A DNA stretch of 64,000 nt from Octopus sinensis (taxonomy: Eukaryota), in the NCBI RefSeq assembly GCF_006345805.1, contig NC_043015.1:38378001-38442000 (forward strand), read 5' to 3'. How positions within the stretch are numbered: the stretch's first letter is position 1; every line of letters begins with the position of its first letter. The position numbers and the translations under genes are program-made. Positions 24,493 through 36,100 of the stretch are shown piece by piece. The notes under the pieces are model-generated. The model searched no databases and was not told the DNA's origin. It saw only the letters and a program-made list of their open reading frames with translations.

Positions 24493-24966
24493 AGATATAT
24501 ATTCTTTTATTTGTTTGTGTCATTTGACTGTGGCCATGCTGGAGCACCGCATTTAGTTCAGCAAATCAACCCCAGGACTTATTCTTTGTAAGCCTAGTAC
24601 TTAATCTATCAGTCTCTTTTGCCGAATCATCAAGTTACGGGGACGTAAGCACCAGCATTGGTTGTCATGTACATACATACATATATATATATGCAACAGG
24701 TTTCTTTCAGTTTCCGTCTACCAAATCCACTCACAAAACTTTGGTTGGGCCATGGCTATAGTAGAAGACACTTGCCCAAGGTACCACATATATATATATA
24801 TATAATATAATATAAATTACAGATAAAACCACTATTAGGCAACTCAAACAGTGATAGATATAAACCAAAACATAAATAACAAATAATATATAATTTTTTT
24901 AAAACATATAACTTATTACTAGATCTCAAAAAGTATAAAAATGAATGATCAATATATAAGTAAAAA

Positions 24967-25174
24967 AACTACATACATTTCATGGCTACAATTAAATTCG
25001 AATTACCCTCTCTCTCTTTCGGAGAGGCACAAGCACCTACACGTACGTATACACACACGGCAGTAACTTCCGCCTGCCGAATTCAATCACAAAGCTTAAG
25101 TTTAAATAAGTCACAATTAAGTTTAAATTTAATTGAAATAAATTCGATTTAAAATTATAGCCAATCTTCAGGTT
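24967..25174 (-). ncRNA. Hammerhead-like motif with a ~150-nt insert in stem II (degenerate)
   Basis: Minus strand reads AAC-CUGAAGA-uUGGCUAUAAUU...AAUUGUAGCCAu-GAAA-UGUAUG-UA-GUU. Stem II is 11 bp and stem I is only 3 bp. Confidence 0.5.
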
Positions 25175-26431
25175 AATGATAATAGTTAAATAAATAAGCA
25201 AATTATCTCTAATTTATATTTTATATATTTATATTGTGAAATTTGATTTAATACTAAACTGAATTTTTCCCTGTAAGTTTGGAGTTATACTCCCTAATAT
25301 TATATATATATACAAACAATATACTTCTATATTACTGTATCTATTATCAGGGACCATGGGACGCTTTAACACTCCTTCTGACTTTGTAAAAGAAGCTGGA
25401 TGTTTGTATCGAATTGAGAAAGGCCTAAAACCATTTGCCTTCAAGGAAAAAACCAATATTTCCAATGCATAACTTGGTCAACAGATGATAGAACCATGTT
25501 CTACACACATTCCATTCCCAGAAAAATATTTTCCTATGATTATGACATCCATTCTGGAGAGGCATGTAAGTTACATTTTTGTCTCTAAACTTTAGACACT
25601 TCTCATTTGTAACTTCTTTTACTGACATTGGAATGATAAACAGTAAATCAAGTTTTTCTTTCTTTTAACAGCAAGAGAAGAAGTTGTTGTGGACTTCACT
25701 GATAAAGAATGGTCAGAGTATGGCATGCCAGATGGAATGACCACGGATGTAATGGATAAGCTTTGGGTAGCAGCATTCAAAAGTAGCCGAGTGTTCCAAA
25801 TTGATCCTGAAACAGGTTTGTTTTTGGTTGTTTGTACCAATAGATACACGCATACGTAGGAATGTGTGTGTGAAGTCACTTTTAAAATTACTGGATCTAA
25901 ATGTTCCCTGGGGCAGATGTGTGATACGTCCTCTGTTGTTTATGAAGCACAGGTTTCAATGAACCAGGCAATGGTTGAACAGATATCCAACATGAGCAAT
26001 GGAAGGGAAATTTAAATCCAGGTAGAAGAAGCACCTCTTGAATTTTAGGCACTGTGATAAAAGACATTCAATGACCCTTTTGGCTTTAATCTGGAGTCTT
26101 AAAGACAGGAGGACCAACTATGACATCATGTGGAAGGAGGAAAGATGGGTAGGGGACAGTGGGATTGGAGGATTAGAAAAAAATCAAAGGAAAAGGTACA
26201 GGGGAGATAAACGAGTGGGAATTAGTGGGAGTTAAAGAAAGAGGGGGCCAAGATATGTGAGAGAGGGGGAATAAAAGATGAAGTAAGAGTCGTACAAAAT
26301 TTAGATACATACCTACTATAAGGTGAGCACAAAGATGTACCTACGCCACTGTATATATACATACACACACACACATATATATATAAATGGAACAAAAATG
26401 CAATAGAGGACATTAAAATGTAGATAAATGA

Positions 26432-26539
26432 TATCACTACAATTGTTTCGAGACATTTCTACACTCATCGTACATTAGTGAGATGATGTGTAATCATTAT
26501 CACGCATCCAAGGTGTAAACTACACTTCCTCAGGTGATA
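26432..26539 (-). ncRNA. Hammerhead-like motif with an extended stem II region (degenerate)
   Basis: Minus strand reads UAUCAC-CUGAGGA-(~75 nt)-GAAA-CAAUUG-UA-GUGAUA. Stem I is 6 bp and stem III is the palindrome ACAAUUGU. The base of stem II pairs poorly. Confidence 0.5.
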
Positions 26540-28667
26540 GTTTAAATAAGTTCTTCGATGGATCCTACTGTCATTTCACTCATTGTAAAGAATGCATGCT
26601 GAAAGGAATGTGTCATTTTCAGGAATTTACAGACAAACCTAAACCCAAAGATATGGAGACGGAGAAAATAAAGAAATGGGTGTGTGTATGTGTTGTGTTG
26701 TGCTGCATTTCATTGCAAAGTGAAGTGAATACAAATTTGTTTCTGAACTCTTTCAGGAAAAATTCTTCAGACTATCAAGTTTCCAGTGTCTGAGATGACT
26801 TCCTGCTGCTTTGGTGGACCAAATTACGATGAACTGTATGTCACATCAAGTCACCTCAGTTTAACCGATGAGGAGTTTAAAAATAACGAACCCCTCGCTG
26901 GAAGTCTCTTCAAGGTCACAGAAACAGGAGCTAAAGGAAGGCCAGCATTTTCTTTCCAGGGCTGATTCTTTTTACAGAATGTTCTAGATTCATGGAACCA
27001 AACCCACCAGCTAAATGAATGAATGAATAAATAGTGATTGGGTATTCTTGGAGTCTCGTGGAATCATGTTATCCAAAATACTTTTGTATCATTCTATTAA
27101 GCATTAAAACTTATACACATTCTATATTCACTTTTATTGCCTTATTATTTTACCAAAATAATTTACGTTTTTTTTGTTAATTAACGATAATCCATTATTA
27201 TAAACTCCTCTGGTTTCCTGGTTATGTGTCTGGAATAATCACGTTTCCTATTGAATCAAATCTTGTGGTTTCTTAATTGGAACATCTTATACAAAAGGAT
27301 TCTTTTGTTTTCAGGCTCTTCTTCTCCACTCTTACATTATATTGAAAGCTTTCAGAATAAATTTTTGTCTGAATTATTATTGCTTCCATTTTATTTCTGA
27401 GGCCATAAAATAGTTAAAAAACAAAAGTGTGATTGGGGAGAGATTGTGCTGCTATTTCTAGCAGATCGGCTGACTGTCTAGACATTCCCTTTATTATCTC
27501 CTGTGATAGTGTTCATATTTAGTTTTGTTATCTCTCTGTATTTTTCCCTCCCTCTCCCCACTCTCTTTATTTCTTCTTACTACTAAATCCGTAAATCTGT
27601 ACGTTTTACTACCACTCAAAACACCCAACACACACAAAATATATTTGTCAAACATCGTCTTGTTAACTCACAAATAAAGTACATACCACCATCATCATCA
27701 TAATAATAATAATGAAATTATTGTATACAGTGCTCAGGTGCACCACAACTTGTCAAAAGTGCGTATAAAGCACATGCAGTAATGTACAAATGTCTGGAAA
27801 GTGAACAGTGCATGAGTCAGATAGATGCTTGCTTGTGTGTATGGAGGAGAGAAAATCAGGTGTAGTGTTGGCGAATCTCAGGAAGCATGGAAGTTTTGAA
27901 GGATGCAGTGCTCCGGCAACTAACAACTGATGCCGGCAGTTTGTTCCATGCTTAATAGAATGATACAAAAGTAATCATCATCATCATCATTTAACGTCCA
28001 CTTTCCATGCTGGCATGGGTTGGACGGTTTGACTGAAGACTGGTAAGCCAGAGAGCTTCACCAGGTTCCATTCTGATTTGACATGGTCTCTATGGCTCGA
28101 TGCCCTTCCTAATGCCAACCACTCTGAGAGTGTAGTGGGTACTTTTTATGTGCCACCGGCATGGGTGCAGTTTACATGACACTTAGCCACAACTACGATT
28201 TCCCAGGTGCCATTTACTGGACGCTGGCAATGGTCATCACTTTTGTTTCACTTGGCTTGACAAGTTTTCTCAAGCATAACATATTGCCAAGGTCTCAGTC
28301 ACTTATCATTGCCAAGTTTGAAGAAAATATCTCTTTTGCATCTTACTTTTTTGGTCTCTTAAATATACTGCATTTTGTGGCATTATTTCAAGCCAGCTGG
28401 CTTTTTTTGCGCAAACTGCACGTGCATTTTTCTTGCATATGCATAGTATCAATCGCAACAGCTGATGTACTTGCGCATACAAATGCACATTCCCACAGCT
28501 TTATCGATTGCATTCTCACCTGGAATCGATATTTGTAATTTTTACAAGACTTATACACCCCCTGATACCGTCGGTATCTACATATCAAATTTGAGCGCAA
28601 TTGAATGGAGGATGCCCGAGATCCTAGAAGACACACACACGCAGACAGACAGAACAGATTTTATATA

Positions 28668-28790
28668 ATAGATAAGAATAAAGCTAAATTTACCCAGCTT
28701 GATATTACAGACTTTTACCCCTCTGTATCTAGATCACTGCTTGATAAAGCTATTGAATTTGCCAATGCATGTTTGGTGACCTCCAAATGA
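28668..28790 (+). mobile_element. Penelope-like element RT fragment
   Basis: DKNKAKFTQLDITDFYPSVSRSLLDKAIEFA matches the PLE RT 'F.QFDI..FYPSI...LL..A..FA' motif as I recall it. Confidence 0.65.
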
Positions 28791-28990
28791 ATAATATTTA
28801 TCTCTCACCAAATGGAATGCTTTTCTTTGTTGAATTTTCTTTCATGGATCAGTACATTGACTTTCATAATTTGTATTCTTATCTTATATCTTATATGTAT
28901 TGAATTATAAGATATATATGTATGCTATTAAGGTTCTCATTTTGTTAAATAAATAAATAATCCAACATTCTAATATCCCAAAGTTGATGA

Positions 28991-29024
28991 ACAAACTAAA
29001 TTTGCTTCTCCATTTTCTTATTTG

Positions 29025-29076
<52 letters not shown>

Positions 29077-29110
29077 CAAATAAGAAAATGGAGAAACAAA
29101 TTTAGTTTGT
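28991..29110. repeat. Palindrome centred on (TA)n
   Basis: acaaactaaatttgcttctccattttcttatttgtat-(TA)n-atacaaataagaaaatggagaaacaaatttagtttgt; the ~37-bp arms differ by one mismatch. Confidence 0.9.
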
Positions 29111-29155
29111 ATCTATCTATCTATATATATATTTTTTTTTTTATTATATAGAAGG

Positions 29156-29206
29156 AGCTTCTACAGGACTAGAACTGTTTCATTCAAAAGAAATCATCAG
29201 GAAGCT
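29156..29206 (-). ncRNA. Type I hammerhead ribozyme motif (complete three-stem form)
   Basis: Minus strand reads AGCUUC-CUGAUGA-uUUC-uuuu-GAAu-GAAA-CAG-uucuaguc-CUG-UA-GAAGCU. Stem I is 6 bp, stem III is 4 bp with a loop, and the cleavage triplet is GUA. Confidence 0.75.
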
Positions 29207-30265
29207 GATGATATATATATATATAGATAGATAGACAGAGAAGCAGATAGATAGATGGATGGGTGGATGGATAGTTAGAGAGAGATATATAGATAGACAG
29301 ACAGACAGACGGATAGATAGATAGTTATAGATATCTATTTATAGATGGGAAAATCACATATGATATAATAGCCCACTTTCAAGTGTAATCGCTGCCTCCT
29401 ATGTCAGTGACAAACCAGTTTGCTGACGGCTGTTTCTCCCTCCTGTGTAACACTATCATCAGCCAGTGAACTTTTGTGATAGAGTGTGTAGGCAGACAGG
29501 CAGGGACAAGAGGCCTTGCTGTGAGAAATATCTCTCTGCACCCCAACTGCTTATATAGCACTTTGTTTGCGTAATACGCTCTACAGATTAACTGCTTATG
29601 TAACACTGTGAACAGACAGACACAAAGTTGCTAAAACATCGCAACAAAAGGTATGAATGTCTTTTGCTCAACTATATGCTATCTCTGCAAGCTAGATTAC
29701 AATTTCGGCAACCTTGCCCTCCTCAAAATATAACTTTACAAATTTTTTATTATACACCCTCTACAAATTTCTGTTCTAAAGTTGTTTTTTTTTAATCTTA
29801 ATTTCCTGTTTAAAATGGAGAATGATTTTGAAAAAAAAAAAGAATTTTCCAAGGCGGTGCCCCAGCATGGCTACAGTCTGATGGCTGTAACAAGTAAAGA
29901 AAGTCTGTAAAGGAGTGATGCCTAATATCGTCTTTAAATCGTGATGTCTGCTATTTTAAAAGAAGATTCAGTCTCATTAAGCTTTCTGAAAAGAGCTGAA
30001 TGAGGAAAACTACAAAGCATAGCAGGGAAAAGATTTATAGGGCAAAAAGGGGTCAAATTTGGGGGTGATCACTGGGGTACAAAATTATAGATATGCTTGT
30101 GGGGGAGGGGAGAGAACTACAGTCTACATTGCTCCATCCCCTTGCCTTCAAAACAACAACATCCACACCCCAGACATGGAATGTGTCAGCCTAATTGCTC
30201 TCAACCTCCCAACCTCCCTACATCAAATTAGGAGAGAAATTTTCTGCCCCACCCCTTTTTGTTAA

Positions 30266-30669
30266 CCCTTTCGTTACTGTATTTATTTTGAGAGGCTCTG
30301 TGTTTCTTTCAATCAATTTAAAATCTAACAAAGAATTTAGTAAAATAACTTAATTATCGTTAAGCTGGTATTAGGAACATAAATTGTGACAAAGGCTTGG
30401 TGGAAGATTTTAATTCAAAACTTATGAAAACAAGACATTTGCCTTAACCCTTTTGTTACCATATTTCTGTTGAGATGCTCTGTGTTTCTTTCAATTAATT
30501 TTAAATATAACAAAAGAATTTAGTAAAATAACTTAGTTATCATTCAACTAGTGTTAGAAACATTAATTGTGACTAAGGTTTGGTGGAAGGTTTTAATTCA
30601 GAACTTATGAAGACAAGACATTTGTACTCAGAGCCAGAACCGGTTTCAGCCGGGTTGATAATGAAAGGG
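30266..30669. mobile_element. piggyBac-like MITE with an internal tandem duplication
   Basis: TTAA|CCCTTTC ... GAAAGGG|TTAA termini. It contains two ~180-bp units (30262-30441 and 30444-30623), each beginning TTAACCCTTT. Confidence 0.7.
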
Positions 30670-31479
30670 TTAATGAGAAAAGAAAATATGAAAGTTTAAC
30701 AGGTTTCAAATTGTCTCTTAAAAAATCAACACAAAAACACCATTTCAGCTTTCTGCCCAAAACATTAATTTAATATGAATTTATAAAATTAAAGATTTGT
30801 TATTTTTCTCAATTGATGAATCTTCACAAATTCTTTTTCACTGGCAATTGGTTCTGCTCCCAGCCAAAATAGTTCCCTCCCACTTGGTTATGGTTTTTTT
30901 TTTTCTTTCTCTGTTCTTCAATATTTGATTTATCTCTAGGATATATTATGGAAGTGCTTTTCTTTGGGAGTAAAAGAGGAGTGAGAAGAAGATGAAGGAG
31001 GGGAGGAAGAGGAGTGAAAAGAGGGAGGAGGCGGAGGAGGGGAGGAGTGAGAAGATGAAGAAGGATGGAAGGAGAAGAAGAAGAAGAAGATGGTGATGAT
31101 GAGGATGATGAAAGCTTTATTTTTTTTTCGCTTTTGAAAGTGCCCCTAGCACTTTAATTCCCAGGGTAAGCACTCTGGATAGATCCACCCATAATGCATT
31201 ATTTACCCAGCAATTTACGTATTAAGAACAAAATAATGTTAGTATCCTTATTTTGATTTTAGCAAGAAATCATCATCATCATCATCATCGTTTAACGTCT
31301 GTTTTCCGCGCTAGCATGGGTTGGACGGTTCAACCGGGGTCTAGGAAGCCAGGAGCTGCACCAGGCTCCAGTCTGATCTGGCAGAGTTTCTACAGCTGGA
31401 TGCCCTTCCTAACGCCAACCACTCCGCGAGTGTAGTGGGTGCTTTTTAAGTGCCACCTGCACAGGTGCCAGGGGGGTCC

Positions 31480-31795
31480 GGCATCGGCCAGATCGGTTGG
31501 AACTTTTAATGTGCCACCGGTATGGAAGCCAGGCAAGGCGGCACTGGCAACGGCCACGTTCGGATGGTGCTTTTTATGTGCCACCAGCACTGGAGCCAGT
31601 CGAGGCAGCGCTGGCATCGGCCACGTTCATATGGTGCTTTTTATGTGCCACCGGCACTGGAGCCAGTCGGGGCGACGCTGGCATCGGCCACGTTTGGATG
31701 GTGCTTTTTATGTGCTACCGGCACAGAAGCCAGTCAAGGCGGCGCTGGCAACGGCCACGTTCGGATGGTGCTTTTTATGTGCCACCAGCACAGGT
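31480..31795. repeat. ~64-bp minisatellite (about 5 copies) inside a family C retroposon
   Basis: Unit 'ggcactggcaacggccacgttcggatggtgctttttatgtgccaccagcactggagccagtc..'. A related ~3-copy array lies at about 47810-47990. Confidence 0.85.
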
Positions 31796-32123
31796 ATCAC
31801 AACTACTATTTCCATTGATATTTATTTTGATGTTCATGTTCATGTACTTGATTCAACAGGTCTCCTCAAGCACAGCGGGACGTTCTGGAATCCAGGGTAC
31901 TTTGAATGGGCAGGGGCTATGCGGAACTGGTGCAGGAAGCAGCCCGGGTCTTTGCAGTCACAGCATATCTCCAGAGATCTCGGTCCTTTGCCATTGCCTC
32001 AGTGAGGCCCAATGCTCTGAGGTCATGCTTGACTACCTCATCCCATGTCTTGCTGGGTCTACCTCTCCCCCGATACCTTCAACTGTTTGGGAGTGGCACT
32101 TCTTCACACATGATAAATAAATA

Positions 32124-32571
32124 TCCCCTGACTTGCAGCGATGTCCATGAGCAGGCTAAGATTTCTCCCTTCTATTTCATACATACATACATACATACAT
32201 TTGTCTACCGTTTAAATGTTTTGAACTTATAACCACCAATCTGCTTTGCTTCCCTTTTCTTTCTACATGCCACCCTAAAAACATCGCCATTCCCGCCCGT
32301 TTCTCTAAAGTTCAACCTTCGCATATTCCCTTTAATTCGATCTCCACCATTCACTATCATTTCTTCCCCTGACTTGCAGCGATGTCCATGAGCAGGCTAA
32401 GATTTCTCCCTTCTATTTCATACATACATACATACATACATTTGTCTACCGTTTAAATGTTTTGAACTTATAACCACCAATCTGCTTTGCTTCCCTTTTC
32501 TTTCTACATGCCACCCTAAAAACATCGCCATTCCCGCCCGTTTCTCTAAAGTTCAACCTTCGCATATTCCC
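32124..32571. repeat. 207-bp direct duplication with a 34-bp spacer
   Basis: 32124-32330 matches 32365-32571 and looks identical by eye. Confidence 0.9.
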
Positions 32572-33050
32572 GGTGCACCCGCCCTTGCCCACCCCCACCA
32601 CCAATACTGGATATCTCTATATTTTTGTTCCATCTATACCGGATGTCGCTTCTCCCACCACCATTATAGGTGTCTACTCTTCGAACCCCCCTCTTCAACA
32701 CGCTATTTCACCTTGCATTACCCCTCTCTTGATATCCTACGTTCTACTTGCCTAGAACCTGTCATCATTTCTCTGAACCACCCTCCCCACTGGTGCTCCC
32801 CTATATATTTCTATACCCCCCCCCCACATAAAAAGCACCATCCGAACTTGGACGATGCCAGACCCCTCTGGCACCTGTGCAGGTGGCACGTAAAAAACAC
32901 CCACTACACTCGCGGAGTGGTTGGCGTTAGGAAGGGCATCCAGCTGTAGAAACACTGCCAGACTAGACTGGAGCCTGGGGCAGTCCCGAGCTCCCCAGAC
33001 CCCGGTCGAAACCGTCCAACCCGTGCTAGCGCGGAAAACGGACGTTAAAC

Positions 33051-33084
<34 letters not shown>

Positions 33085-33117
33085 TATTTATTTATTTTCA
33101 GTTCCTTCAGAGACAAG

Positions 33118-36100
33118 ATGTCTGTATCTGTTGCGTTGAAGAACGTCTGTCAGGAAACTGGTGAGGCACCGCACTGGGAGGAAAGTACCAAGACTTTGTT
33201 GTTTGTTGATGTACAAATTGGAGGGATACACAAGTGGAACACGGTGGACAACGCACATACAAAGTGTAATGCTGGTATGTATGCATATACGCATGTATAC
33301 TGAGAAATGTGTTTGTGTGTGTGTCTGTGTGAGGGAGAGTCAAAAATTATATGCATTCTTGTTTTTTCAATGTATTTACAATGTATTTGAACTCAAAGGT
33401 CGACTTTGCCTTTTGGCCTTTGGGGATCGATAAATTAAGTACCATATATATATAAGAGACCAATGTGTATGTACACTGCTATGTGCATATGTATGATGGG
33501 CTTACTTCAGTTTCTTTCTACCAAATCCATTCGCAAGGCTTTTGTTGGCCTTGGGCTAAAGTGGACGACACTTGACCCCTGTATGGCATGGCGAGGGTCA
33601 TCTATTGTAGCCCTAAGCTGGCCAAAGCCTTGAGAACAGATTTGGCAGGTGGAAATTGAAAGAAGTGTATCATACACACTCCATCATCATTCATCATTGT
33701 TCGACCGTGGTTGAGACAATGGAATTTACCATGCTACGCCAGACTTCATGGTCCATCATGGCATTATGGAGGTCCTGTTGCTTGATGCCTGTATCCCTGG
33801 AGATTACATCAGTGTAGGAGAGTGTGTGCCCTCTGGTATCGCGAGTAGATGGCTTCCAGAGGAGGAGAGTAGAAATTACCTCTTTTTCAGCTCTACAACA
33901 ATGTCCAGCAAACTGGACTCTCTACCTTTCACAAGAGATGACACAGGTGGTAGTTTCCCATATATTTGCATTTTAGTTGGATGGCGCCTCCACAAGAGAT
34001 TTTTGAGCTCCCGTAAGGAGGCGAGTGTAGGTTCCATCCAACTGCCTCTCAAGCTTCTTTGATAACATCCAGGTTTCTGGACACACCACCGCTTGACAAT
34101 ATATATCATCATAAGATATCAATATATTTTCACATGGTATAAATCTGTTATCACATTGTATCATATCCTTATTTTACACATCATAATGTGTTTTTATCTT
34201 CTCTTGTGTATTTAATAATTTGCCAGATGGAACAGTCAGCTTCATCATTCCTCGGGAATCTGGTGGTTATGTTGTAAGTTGTGGCACAAAACTTGCTGAT
34301 TTTGACTGGGAGAGTCAACAGGTGAAGCCATTCGTTGATGTGGAACCGGACAAACCAGAGAATAGATTCAACGATGGTAAATGTGACAGCCATGGCAGAC
34401 TGTGGGCAGGTTTGTATTTCTTTGTTTTACATATCAGACTCTCTTTTATACTTCCTATTTACAGCATTGTTGTTGTTGTTTGACACCAAGTCAACTCCGA
34501 GTGGTGAATTGACCTGTAATCACAGACACTCCAGCTATGACCACCTCAGCCTTCTTTCTTGACTCCATTTATCATTCTGATTATTCTCCCAAAACTTATT
34601 CCTCATTATCTCCAATTAAACAGGCTTTGTTTTGTAGCTTCAAACTTTCAATGATGTGATTGTTTACTTTTACAAGGACATTGTTGGGTAGGTATGAAAG
34701 ACCAGATCTAGCCTGTTTGAACATAAAACAAGTAGAGTATTTTGGTCTGATGTGGCCAGATTAAATGCCAAAGGGTTAAGGCACTCTATCTTCGCCATTC
34801 TCATCCACTGCACATGGACACACATTGAGTTTGTCCATGAGAGTGACGAGGACCGTCAAGTCATCCTGAGTCAAGGACGACTGATGACGACTTGTGTGAA
34901 GAAGAGTTGTGCACTGTCAACTTCACTCTTTCATCTGTGATCATCTTCAATCCAGCAGCAAGACCCAGTCAAGATGACCAGGGATGGAGACGGATGCAGG
35001 GAATGACCAAGATGTTTTACTTGCCTCATCTTGCTCTTTGCGCTCCACAGTGAGTTGCTACGGTTGTCTTTCCCTTCACTGAACCATGAAGGATTCTCTT
35101 CAGGGCCCGCCAGACCCAATCTTCACACGCATTGTTAGGTAAGCCCTAATATGCTAATTAACCCACAGCTGGGACAATCAACTAATTAGGTCACTAATGA
35201 TTCGAGAGAACATCAGCAATCAGACCCAAAACTGGTACACAGACCCAGCACACAAAGTTATTTCAGATAGGTCACTGTGATCTTTATTCCACTGTACTAG
35301 TTGTACTATTAACTATCATGTCTACTCAGGTGGTCAGTATTTCCCTGTACTAGTTGTACTATTAACTATCATGTCTTCTCATGTGGTCAGTATTTCCCTG
35401 TACTAGTTGTACTATTGGCTATCATGTCTTCTCATGTGGTCAGTATTTCACTGTACTAGTTATACTAATCTATACTAGTCTAATCTTGCTCTCCACACTC
35501 TACAAGGTGTTGCTGCAGCCATGCTCTCCTTGATTGAACCATGAAGTTATCTTCAGCAGAGTTTGCTGGATTTTGTCTTCATATGCATAAGTAGATAGGC
35601 AAGTTCTAATATACTAATCAACCCATAGCTGGGGTTAATTAGCATATTGCTGGCTGCAATCCAATGAGTGAAACAAGCAAAAGATTAGTGATAAAAGGAT
35701 TGGGGCCAGCAAGGATTACAGAAATTTTGTGAAAAAGTCTGTTTTTAATTTTTCTACTTTTAGGTACAATGGAAGAATTCAAGGGTACACTCGAGATGAA
35801 TGGAGCTGGGCATTTGTACCGAATTGATAAAGACCGATTTGTGCATCCCATCAAAGATAAGGTCAATATCTCCAATGGCATGACGTGGACAATGGATAAC
35901 AGAACAATGTTCTACACGGAATCTGTTCCGAAAAAAGTGTATTCTTATAACTACGATATTCATGCAGGACAAATCTGTAAGTGTTACCAGTCTCAAGTAG
36001 ATATTAATAATATCCACCTCTTCCTCCTCCTACCACAAAGGTTTAATGATGTGTAATTCCATTGTATAAAATTAATTACTTTTGTATTTACCATTTTTTA

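Larger units (their letters stand above)
23095..26965 (+). pseudogene. RGN: Regucalcin/SMP-30-like copy 1, 5 coding exons, two frameshifts (pseudogene or assembly error)
   Basis: Exons 23095-23251, 24041-24224, 25351-25565, 25672-25815, 26757-26965, with motifs GESPHW, LNDAKCD, PDGM and TSCCFGGPNYDELYVTS. Exon 2 lacks 2 nt (CTG GGC AG versus paralog CTG TGG GCA G) and exon 3 lacks 1 nt (AAT GCA TAA versus AAT GGC AT). The spliced frame stops early in exon 3. Confidence 0.8.

Noticed and set aside
24211-25470. Compensating frameshifts rescuing RGN copy 1
   Set aside because: The shifted frame hits TAA a few codons into exon 3, before the second deletion.
31439-32120. Overlapping repetitive ORFs and a CRISPR-like periodic pattern
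   Set aside because: This is a 64-bp minisatellite with no unique spacers and no cas genes, inside a dispersed retroposon in eukaryotic DNA.
35292-35468. CRISPR-like short repeats
   Set aside because: The units are contiguous tandem copies without variable spacers.
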